NCBI RefSeq assembly: GCF_009914755.1
Contig: NC_060926.1
Direction: 5' to 3' (one strand)
Origin: the human T2T-CHM13v2.0 reference genome, Homo sapiens
DNA length: 64,000 nt
Part shown: positions 53,778-64,000 of the stretch, one piece after another
How the letters are laid out: every line of letters starts with the position of its first letter
Position numbering within the stretch: the stretch's first letter is position 1
The notes under the pieces: model-generated
Database searches by the model: none
The model's input: only the letters and a program-made list of their open reading frames with translations
Told to the model about the DNA's origin: nothing
Program-made: the position numbers and the translations under genes

Positions 53778-56162
53778 TGACATGGTTTGGCTCCGTGTCC
53801 CCACCCAACTTTCTCCTTGACTTGTAATAATCCCCATGTGTCATGGGAGGGACCCTGTGGGAGTTAACTGAATCATGGGAGCAGGTTTTTCCCATGCTGT
53901 TCTCGCGAGAATGACTAAGTCTTGTGAGATCTGATGGTTTTATAAAAGGGAGTTCCCCTGCACATGCTGTCTTGCGTGCCACCATGTAAGACATGAGTTT
54001 GCTCCTCCTTCACCTTCTGCCATAATTATGAGGCCTCCCCAGCCATGTGGAACTGTGAGTCAATTAAACCTCTTTCCTTTAGAAATTACCCAGTCTTGGG
54101 TAAATCTTTGTTAGCAGTGTGAGAACAGGCTAATACAGTAAGTTGGTACCAGGTAGTGGGGTGCTGCTGTAAAGATACCTGAAAATGTGGAAACACCATT
54201 GGAATTGGGTAACAAGCAGAAGCTGGAACAGTTTGGAATGCTCAGAAGAAAACAGGGATATGTGGAAAAGTTTAGAACTTCCTAGGGACTTGGAGGACTC
54301 AGAAGACAGGAAAATGTCGGAAAATTTGGAACTTCCTAGAGACTTGTGAATGGCTTTGACCAAAATGTTGATAGTGACATGGAGAATAAATTCCAGGCTG
54401 AGGTGGTCTCAGACAGAGATGGGGAACTTGTTGGGAACTGGAGCAAAGGTGACTCTTATTATATGTTAGCAAAGAGACTGGCAGCATTTTGCCCCTGCCC
54501 GAGAGACTTGTGGAACTTTGAACTTAAGAGATGATTTAGGGCATCTGGCAGAAGAAATTTCTAAGCAGCAAAGTGTTCAAGAAGTGACTTGGGTGCTGTT
54601 AAAAGCATTCAGTTTTATGTATTCACAAAGATGTGGTTTAGAATTGGAACTTATGCTTAAAAGGGAAGCAGAGCATAGAAGTTCAAAAAATTTGCAGCCT
54701 GCTGATGTGATAAAAAAGAAAGACCTATTTTCTGAGGAGGAATTCAATCTGGCTGCAGAAATTTGCATAAGTAATGAGGAGCCTAATGTTAATCACTAAG
54801 ACAATGGGGAAAATGTCTCCAGAGACGGTCAAAGATCTTTATGGCAGCCCCTCCCATAACAGACCTGGAGGCCTAAAAGAAAAAAAATAATTTCTTGGGC
54901 TGAGCCCAGGGTCCCCCTGCTGTGTACAGCCTAGGGACTTGGTGCTCTGTGTCCAAGCTGCTCCAGCCATGGCTAAAAGATGCCAAGGTACAGCTCGGGC
55001 CATGGCTTCAGAGAGTGTAAGCCCCAAGCCTTGATGGCTTCCACGTGGGTGTTGGGCCTGCAGGTACACAGAAGAAAAGAGTTAAGCTTTGGGAACCTCC
55101 ACCTAGATATCACAGGATGTATGGAAATACCTGGATGTCCAGGCAGAAGTCTGCTGCAGTGGTGGAGCCCACATAGAGAACCTCTGCTAAAGCAGTGCAA
55201 GGGGGAAATGCAGGGTTGGAGCCCCCACAAAGAGTCCCCACTGGGGCACTGCCTAGTGGAGCTGTGAGAAGAGGGCTACCATCCTCTAGACCCCAGAATG
55301 GTAGACCCACCAGCAGCTTGCACCATGCATCTAAAAAAGCTGCAGATAATCAATAAAAACCTGTGAAAGCAGCTGGGAGTGGGGCTTTTACCCTGCAATG
55401 CCACAGGGGTGGAGCTGCCCGAGGCCATGGGAGCCCACCTCTTGCATCATGTGACCTAGATGTGAGACCTGTAGTCAAAGGAGATCATTTTGGAGCTTTA
55501 AGATTTGGCTGCCCCACTGGATTTCAGACTTGTGTGGGGCATGTAGCACCTTTGTTTTGGCCAGTTTCTTCCATTTGGGAGCAATTGACCCAATGCCTCT
55601 ACCCCCAATTGTATCTATAAAGTAACTAATTTGCTTTTGATTTTACAGGCTCATAGGCAGAAAGTACTTTGTCTCAGATGAGACTTTGGATTTAGATGTT
55701 TGAGTTAATGCTGAAATGAGTTAAGACTTTTGGGGACTTTTGGAAGGCATGATTGGTTTTGAAATGTGAGGACATGAGATTTGGGAGAGGCCACAGATGG
55801 AATGATACGTTTTGGCTCCATATCCCCACCCAAATCTCACCTTGACTTGTAATAATCCCCACGGGTCATGGGAGGGATGTGGTGGGAAGTAGTTGAATCA
55901 TAGGGGCAGGTTTTTCTCTTACTGTTCTCACGATAGTAAATAATTCTCATGAGATCTGCTGGTTTTATAAAGGGGAGTTCCCCTGCACATGCTCTCTTGC
56001 CTGCTACCATGTAAGACATGACTTTTCTCCCCATTTGCCTTCAGCCATGACTGTGAGGCCTCCCAAGCCATGTGGAGCTGTGAGTCAATTAAACCTCTTT
56101 CCTTTATAAATTACCCAATCTCAGGTACATCTTTATTAGCAGCATGAGAACAGACTAATAAA
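53778..56162 (+). mobile_element. Full-length THE1 (C/D-like) MaLR provirus: LTR 53778-54137, internal 54138-55802, LTR 55803-56162
   Basis: Two homologous ~360 bp LTRs and a 5-bp TSD acact. Internal ORF remnants NGFDQNVDSDME..AKRLAAFCPCPRDLWNFEL are typical of THE1-int. Confidence 0.96.
53865..53875 (+). promoter_or_regulatory. DUX4-type motif TAACTGAATCA in the THE1 5' LTR
   Basis: Matches TAAYBBAATCA. The 3' LTR equivalent reads TAGTTGAATCA. Confidence 0.5.
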
Positions 56163-56782
56163 ACACTTTTAGAGTAGAAAGTCTCAGGACAGTTATATAT
56201 ATTTTTAAGGCTCTTATAATTAAGTTTTTTTCCTCTCTCTCTTCCTTTTTTTTAACTTTTATTTTGAGTTCAGGGGTACGTATGCAAGTTTGTTATTTAG
56301 GTAAACTTTTGTCATGGGGATTTGTTGTACAGATTATTTCATCACTCAAGTATTAAGCCTAGTATCCATTAGTTATTTTTCCTGATCTTTTCCATCTTCT
56401 CATCCTCTACTTTGTGGTAGGCCTCAGTGTCTGTTCCTCTCTATGTGTCCATGTTTTCTTATCATTTAGCTCTCACTTATAAGTAAGAATATGTGGTATT
56501 TGGTTTTCTTTTGCTGCATCACTTTGCTAAGGATAATGGCCTGCAGCTCCAACCATGTGCCTGCAAAGGTCATAATCTCATTCTCTGTTATGGTTGCATA
56601 GTTTCCTATGGTGTATATATACCACATTTTTAAAATTCAATCTATCATTGATGGGCATGTAGGTTGATTCCATGTCTTTGTTATTGTGATTAGTGCTGCA
56701 ATGAACATACGCATGCATGTGTCTTTATGACAGAATGATTTATATTTCTTTGGAATTACTGGGTCAAATCGTAGTTCTGTGC

Positions 56783-57132
<350 letters not shown>

Positions 57133-57232
57133 GTAATTGCCACATTGTTTTTCACAATGGTTGAACTAATTTACACTCCCACCAACAGTGTACAAGGACT
57201 CCTTTTTCGCTGCAATCTCAACAACATGTATT

Positions 57233-57805
57233 TTTTATTTAATTTTATTTTTTTCTATTGTTTTTGGGGAACAGGTGTATTTTTGTTACATGATTAAGTT
57301 CCTTACTGGTAATTTCTGAGATTTTGGTGTACCCATCCCCCAAGCAGTGTGCACTGTATCCAATGCTAGTCTTATATCCCTCACCCGCCTCTCACCCTTT
57401 CCCCTGAATACTCCCAAAGTCTGTTATATCATTCTTGTGCCTTTGCCTTCTCATAGTTTAGCTCCTGTTTGTAAGTGAGAACATACAATATTTGGGTTTT
57501 CATTCCTAAGTTATTTCATATAGAATAATGGTTCCCAACTCCATCCAGGTTGCTCCAGATGCCATTATTTTGTTCTTTTTTATGGCTGAGGAGTATTCCG
57601 TGGTGTATGCATACCACATTTTCTTTACCCACTTGTTGGTTGATGGGCATTTATGCTGGTTTTATATTTTTGCAACCTCAAATTTTGCTGCTATAAACAT
57701 GTGTGTGCAAGTGTTTTTTTTTCATATAATGATTTATTTTCCTTTGGGGAGATACCCAGTAGTGGAATTGCTGGGTGGAATGGGTAGTTCTACTTTTAGT
57801 TCTTT
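57233..57805 (-). mobile_element. L1PB 3' end (continues at 62918)
   Basis: tttttggggaacaggtg...ttctgagattttggtgtacccatc is the L1PB 3'UTR. Confidence 0.88.
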
Positions 57806-60800
57806 TTTTAAATTTTTATTTTAGGGTTGGGGGTACACGTGAAGGTTTGTTAGATAGATAAACATGGGTCATGGGGATTTGTTGTACATATTATTACATC
57901 ATCAAGGTATTAAGCTCACTCTCAGGTCACAGCACAATAAAAATAGAAGTCAACAGGAGGTTGGCTAGTCATCTTTTCTGCTTCTCTCCCTTCTCCCACT
58001 CTCTCTCATCAAATGGACCCCAGTGTCTGTAGTTTCCTTTTTTGTATTCATAATTTCTTATCATTTAGCTCCCACTTATAATAATATGTGGTGTTTGGTT
58101 TTCTGTTCCTGCATTAGTTTGCTAAGGATGATAGCCTCCAGCTCCATCCCTGTTCCTGCAAAAGACAGGATCTCATTCTTTTTTATGGCTGCATAATATT
58201 TCATGGTATATATGTACCACACATTTATTTTTATCCGGGCTGTCATGGATGGACATTTAGGTTTATTCCATGTGTTTGCTATTGTGAACAGTGCTGAAAT
58301 AAACATTCATGTACATGTGTCTTTAGGGTAGATGTTTTTTATTTCTTATTATATACCCAGTAATGGGATTGCTGGGTCGAATGATAGTTCTGCTTTTAGG
58401 TATTTGAGGAATCACCATACTGCTTTTCACAATGTTTGAACTAATTTACACTTTCACCAATAATGTATAAGTGCTCCCTTTTCTCCTCAACCTCACCAGC
58501 ATCTATTATTTTTTGACTTTTGAATAGCCATTCTGACTGGTGTGAGATAGTATCTCATAGTTTTTTATTTTCATTTCTCTAATGATCAGTGATATTGAGC
58601 TTTTCTCATTTGCTTGTTGGCTGCATGTATATCTTCTTTTGAGAAGTGTCTATTCATGCTCTTTGCCTACTTTTTAATGGGGTTGTTTGTTTTTCTCTTG
58701 TAAATTTCTTTAAGTTCCTTAGAGATGCTGGATATTAGACCTTTGTCAGATGCATAGTTTGCAAGTATTTTCTCCCATTCTGTATGTTGTCTTTTTCTCT
58801 GCTGATAGTTTATTTTGCTGTGTGGAAGCTCTTTAATTAGATCCCACTTGTCAATTTTTGCTTTTGTTGTGATTGCTTTCAGTGTCCTTGTCATAAAACT
58901 TTTGCCTGTCCCTAGATCCAGGATGGTATTACATAGGTTATCTTTCAGGGTTTTTATAGTTTTGGGTTTTACATTTAAGTCTTTAATCTATCTTGAGTTG
59001 ATTTTTGTATATGTTGTAAAGAAGAGGTCCAGTGTGAATCTTCTGCATATGGCTAGCCAGTTATCCCACACCATTTATTGAATAGGGAGTCTTTTCCCCA
59101 TTGCTTATTTTTGTCAGCTTTGTAAAAGATAAGGTGGTAATAGATGTGCAGCATTATATCTTGGCTCTTTATTCTGTTACATTGGCCTATGTGCCTGTTT
59201 TTGTAGCACTACCATGCTGTTTTGGTCACTGTAGCCTTGCACTATAGTTTGAAGCCAGGCAATGTGATTCTTTCAGCTTTGTTCTTTTTGCTTAGAATTG
59301 CCTTGCCTATTTGGGCTATAGTTTGGTTCCATGTAAATTTTGAAATATTTTTTCTAGTTCTGTGAAGAATGTCATTGGTAGTTTGATAGGAATAGCACTG
59401 AATCCATAAATTGCTTTGGGGAGTATAGTCATTTTTATGACATTGATTCTTTCTATTCTTGAGTATGGAGTATTTACCATTTGTTTGTGTCTTCTCTGAT
59501 TTTTTTGAACAATATTTTGTAATTCTCATTATAGTGATATTTCACCTTCCTACTTGGCAGTATTCATAGGTATTTTATTCTTTTTGTGGCAATGTGAATG
59601 GGACAGCTTTCTCATTTGGCACTTGGTTTGCCTTTTATTGGTGTCTAGGAATGCTTTTGATTTTTGTACATTGATTTTTTTATCCTGCAGATTTGCTGAA
59701 GTAATTTATTAGCTGAAGGAGCTTTTGGCCAAAGACTATTGTGTTTTCTAGATAAAGAATCATTGCCTGCAAACAGAAATAGTGTGACTTTCTCTTTTCT
59801 TATTTAGGTGCCCTTTATTTTCTTCTCTTGCCTGATTGCTCTGGTTATTACTTTCAATATATGTTGAATAGAAGTGAGCTGTCTTACAGTGACACATGTT
59901 TTTGTGTTTGTTTTTTTTTGTTTGTTTGTTTGTTTGTTTTGGTCTTAGCTAGTAGCAGTCTTTCTTTTCTATTTTAATGCTCTTTTCAAGATCTCTTGTA
60001 AGGCAGATCTGGTGGTAATGAAGTCCCTCAACATTTGCTAATCAGAGAAGAATCTTATTTCTACTTCATTTAGGGAGCTTAGTTTGGCTGGATATAAAAT
60101 TCTTGGGTAAATATATTTTTTTCTTTAAGAATGTTGAATATAGGTCCCCAGTCTATTCAGGCTTTAGTGTTTTAGCTAACAAGTCTGCTGTTAGTCTGAT
60201 GGGGATCCCTTTGTAGGTGACCTGCCCTTTCTCTCTAGCTGACTTTAACATAATTTATTTTATTTTGACCTTGGAAGATCTGATGATTATGTTTCTTGGG
60301 GATGACCTTGTGTAGAATCTTGCAGGAGTTCTCTGTATTTTCTGAGTTTGACTGCTGGCCTCTCTAGCAAGGTTGGGGAAGTTTTTATGGACAATATCCT
60401 GAAATATATTTACGAAGTTCTTTGCTTCCTCTCTTTCCCTTTCAGGGATTCCAGTGATTCACAGATTTGGACTCTTTACATAATTCCGTAATTCTCGGAG
60501 GTTTTGTTCATTTGTATTTATTCTTTTTTCTTCATTTTCATCTGACTATCTTATTTCAGAGAACCAGACTTCAAGTTCTGAGATTCATTCCTCAGCGTGA
60601 TTTATTCTGCTGTTAATACTTGTGATTGTATTGTGCAATCCTTTTGTTGTGCTATTCAGCTCTGTCAGACTCGTTAGGTTCTTTATTACACCAGTTATTT
60701 AGTCCTTCGTCTCCTGTATCACTTTATTGTGATTCTTATTTTCCTTGTATTGGGTTTTGCCATCCTCCTGAATCTTGATGATCTTTGTTTCTATCTATAA

Positions 60801-62917
60801 TCCAAATAATATTTCTGTCATTCCAGCCAGTTCATTCTTGTTAAAACTCTTGTTGGAGAACTGGTGCAGTCATATGAAGGACATATGACACTTTGGCCAT
60901 TTGATTTACTGGAGTTCTTGTGTTGCTTCTTTCTCATCTCTGCATGTGAGTGCTGGTTTAACTGCATTGTAGATTGAATACAGTCAATAGACTTATTTTC
61001 TGGATGTTTTCACCAGGCCAAAGATTTGTGGAAGTTCTTTCTTTAAAGCTGATTTTTTGTCTCTGATTTCAGAAAAGAGTATGTTAGTGAGGTATTTTTG
61101 GTGTTCAGGCTTTGGGGTGTAACCCAGCTGGTAACACTTAAGCTTCTTGGTCAGTCAGTAGACTCTTGCTTAGTTGTGTGGCTCCCCTATGTTTCCTCAC
61201 AATTACTGTTGTGTTCCCTCTCAGTGCTCTGAAAATGTGTGTTCCTTTCCCCCTTGAGTGCTGGCCATGATATATGACTTGGCACTCCTGGGCTGGCCAC
61301 TGCAGTTTTGGGCAATCTCAGTTTTTATGTTTCTTCCCCAGCTTAGAGGCAGCAGAGGAAGAGATTTTAGTAGTGGTTGTGGCCAAGGGTTATGTTCTTG
61401 ACTCCTGGGGGCTCCACCTCAGAGAGATGCAGGGCAGCAGTCACTCAGTGCAGTCAGCTCAAGATGGAGAGTTTGTCCTATAGACCCAAACCAGGGGTCC
61501 CCAGTCTGGTGATGAGCTGTGAGCGGGTGTGTGGGACCTGAGGGAGATGGACTAGCTTCCTCTTCTTGGGTTAATTGCAGCTTGTTGGAGGTATAAATAA
61601 GGCATTTAGGGTCTTTTCTCCTTTGTTAGTCCAAGGGTGGCGAGGGTGGAAGAGGCAGTGGCAGAAAATCTTTCAGTTTCCCCTGGATGCTCTGTCTGGG
61701 GCATTGCCTAGTTGGTACCGGCTCAATAGCTCTGGTGTGAGAGGTGCTGCAGGCCCAGGCCTGGAGGACCTGCCCAGTGATAAGATATGGGAATGGGCAC
61801 CCACACAACTGTCTGGCCAATTTTCCATAGGCCTCCTATGCTTGGGGACTGCTCCAGTCCCTAGTCAGCTTGGATTTTCCAGAACATAGAAGTGTTATCA
61901 GTGAAGACAGTGAAACAGCAAAGATGACAGCCTGTCTCTCCCTCTGGGAGTTTTGTCCCAGAGAGGTACAGACCTGGTGTCAGCCAAAAGGCACCTGTAG
62001 GACGTGGTTGGAAAGGATGTGGCTGGAGACCCCGGTTGAGAGGTCCCACGCAGTGAGAAGGAATGGAATCGGGACTCACTCAAAAAAGCAATCTGGCCAC
62101 ATTTTGGTAGAGTAGCTGTCCTGTGCTTGGTTTCCACTTCAGCCCCTGGTCATCTCAGACACTCTGAAGCCCAAACGCTAGAATGGCTGTTGCCAAGCAG
62201 CAAAGTTACCCAAACTTCCTCCTTCTGGGAATGCTGTCCCGGGGGAATTCAGATCTTTGTGGCTGGAGAGCTCAGGCAGGGTTGGCTAGAGGCCCTGGTT
62301 GGGAGGTCCTGCCCAGTAAGGAGGAATGGGTAGCTGGGTGGAATTCCAAGACAATGGGTCTTATTTTGTGAGGTGCTGTGGAAGTAAGACCTGTGGGCTG
62401 TTGCTTCTCAGCCCCCTGGATTCAGCCTCTTTCCTAGGGGTATGTACAGGAGTCTACCCTCTCACTTTGCAGGAGCTGAAGCTACTTTTTCTGGCAATCC
62501 CAAGTATCTAAGTCTCTAGGGTCTATAGGCATGCCTGAGCAGCTGTACTGCTGACACTCCGTGTAGTTCTGTCTGTCTGGTGGGAGACTGAAGTCCCTCA
62601 TGGTGTGGGTCCACAAAACAGTCTTCTGACCTGAGGGTTGCAAATATCAGTGGGAGAAGCGCGGTTTCCTGGGGTCACTCATTCACTCACCACTTCTCTG
62701 GGCTGGGGAGGATCCCCAGGCTCCACGTCGCTCCCAGGTGGGCCATTGTCCTGTCTTGATTTTCTCTCTTCTCTATGGGTCACATTGTTTCCCTGATTAA
62801 TCCCAATGCAAGTACCTGCATATTTCAGTTGAAAGTGTTGTATTTACTTGCCCTTTCTGTTTCTCTCCATGTGAGCCACACACTAGCTGCTCTGGGGTGA
62901 GAATCTTGGCTACTCCT
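57806..62917 (-). mobile_element. L1PA13-16-like element with both ends, lacking the 5' part of ORF2
   Basis: 3'UTR and ORF2 (MFISALFTIANTWNKPKCP; [16 protein letters not shown]) to ~59876, then ORF1 and 5'UTR. TSD tacttttagttcttt (57791-57805) / tatttttagttcttt (62918-62932). Confidence 0.9.
59897..59941. repeat. (TTTG)n simple repeat
   Basis: Direct reading of the sequence. Confidence 0.9.
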
Positions 62918-64000
62918 TATTTTTAGTTCTTTAAGGAATCCCCATACTGTTTTCCATAGTGGTTGTTCTACTTTACATTCCCATCAGCAGTGTAAAAGTA
63001 TTGCTTTTCCACCACATCCATGCCCATGTCTATTTTTTTATTATTAAATTATAGCCATTAACACAGGAGTAAAATGGTGTCTCATTGTGGTTTTAATTTG
63101 TATTTCCCTGATTATTAATGATGTAGAGCATTTTTCATATGTTTCTTGGCCATTTATACATCTTCTATTGAGAACTGTCTATTCATGTATTTGGCCACTG
63201 TTTGATGAGATTGTTTTATTCTTGCTGATTTGTTCGAGGTCCTTTTAGATTCTGGATATTAGCCTTTTGTCAGATGCATAGTTTGTGAAAATTTTCTCCA
63301 ACTCTGTGGGTTGTCTGTGTACTCTGCGGTTTCTTTTGCTGTGCAGAAGCTTTTTAGTTTAATTAAATCCCATCTATTTATTTTGTTTTTGTTGCATTTG
63401 CTTTTGGGTTCTTGGTTATGAAGTCTTTGTCTAAGGCAATGTCTAGAAGAGATTTTTTGATATTATGTCTTAGAGTTATTATGGTTTCAGGTCTTAGATT
63501 TCAGTCTTTGATTCATCTTGAATTGATTTTTGTATAAGGTGAGAGAAGAGGATCCAGTTTCATTCTTCTACATGTGGTTTGCCAATTATCCCAGCACCAT
63601 TTGTTGAATGGGGTGATCTTCCACCACTTAATGTTTTTATCTGCTTTGTCAAAGATCAGTTGGTCATAAGTATTTGGCTTTATTTCTGGGTTCTCTTCTA
63701 TTCCATTCATCTATGTGCCTATTTTTATTCCATGCTGTTTTGGTAACTATAGCCTTGTAGTACAGTTTGAAGTCAGGTAATGTGATGTCTCCAGATTTGT
63801 TCTTTTTGCTTAGTCTTGCTTTGGCTATGTGGGCTCTTTTTGGTTTCAGTATAAATTTTAGGATTGTTTTTCTAGTTTGGTGAAGAATGATGATGGTATT
63901 TTGATGGAAATTGCAATGAATCTGTAGATGGCTTTTGTGAGGCTGGTCATTTTTACAATATTAATATTACCTATCTGTGAGTATGGAATATGTTTCCATT
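62918..64000 (-). mobile_element. L1PB ORF2, continuing beyond the window
   Basis: ORF track [33 protein letters not shown] is the L1 ORF2 C-terminal region. Confidence 0.92.

Noticed and set aside
54346-55620. THE1 internal ORFs as a coding gene
   Set aside because: Fragmented remnants of the standard MaLR internal ORF.
61720-62340. Three related ~280-bp-spaced segments (ggaggtcctgcccagt..ggaatggg) in the L1 5'UTR
   Set aside because: Most likely part of the older L1PA 5'UTR consensus rather than locus-specific.

Overview
AT-rich, CpG-depleted primate (human-like) genomic DNA that looks intergenic or deep-intronic, with roughly half or more recognisable as interspersed repeats. These include L1 of many ages (L1PA/L1PB/L1MA/L1MB/L1ME/HAL1-like), about a dozen Alu/FLAM copies, MIR and L2, a nearly complete Tigger1, MER44, MER58, MADE1, several solo LTRs and one complete two-LTR THE1 provirus. 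I can support no protein-coding gene, RNA gene or CRISPR array; the listed ORFs are repeat-derived or chance ORFs, and I found no new biological system. The best leads are: (1) a ~1.1 kb palindromic AT-rich minisatellite at 17.4-18.5 kb, bracketed by inverted repeats and patched with copies of nearby downstream sequence; (2) a THE1 5' LTR with an intact DUX4-type motif and splice donors; (3) three exon-like + strand segments that might form a spliced lncRNA or small ORF; (4) a MADE1 (miR-548-type) hairpin inside an Alu monomer; (5) rearranged, nested L1s, including an inverted scrap of L1 endonuclease sequence. Subfamily names come from recalled consensus sequences and need RepeatMasker/Dfam confirmation.
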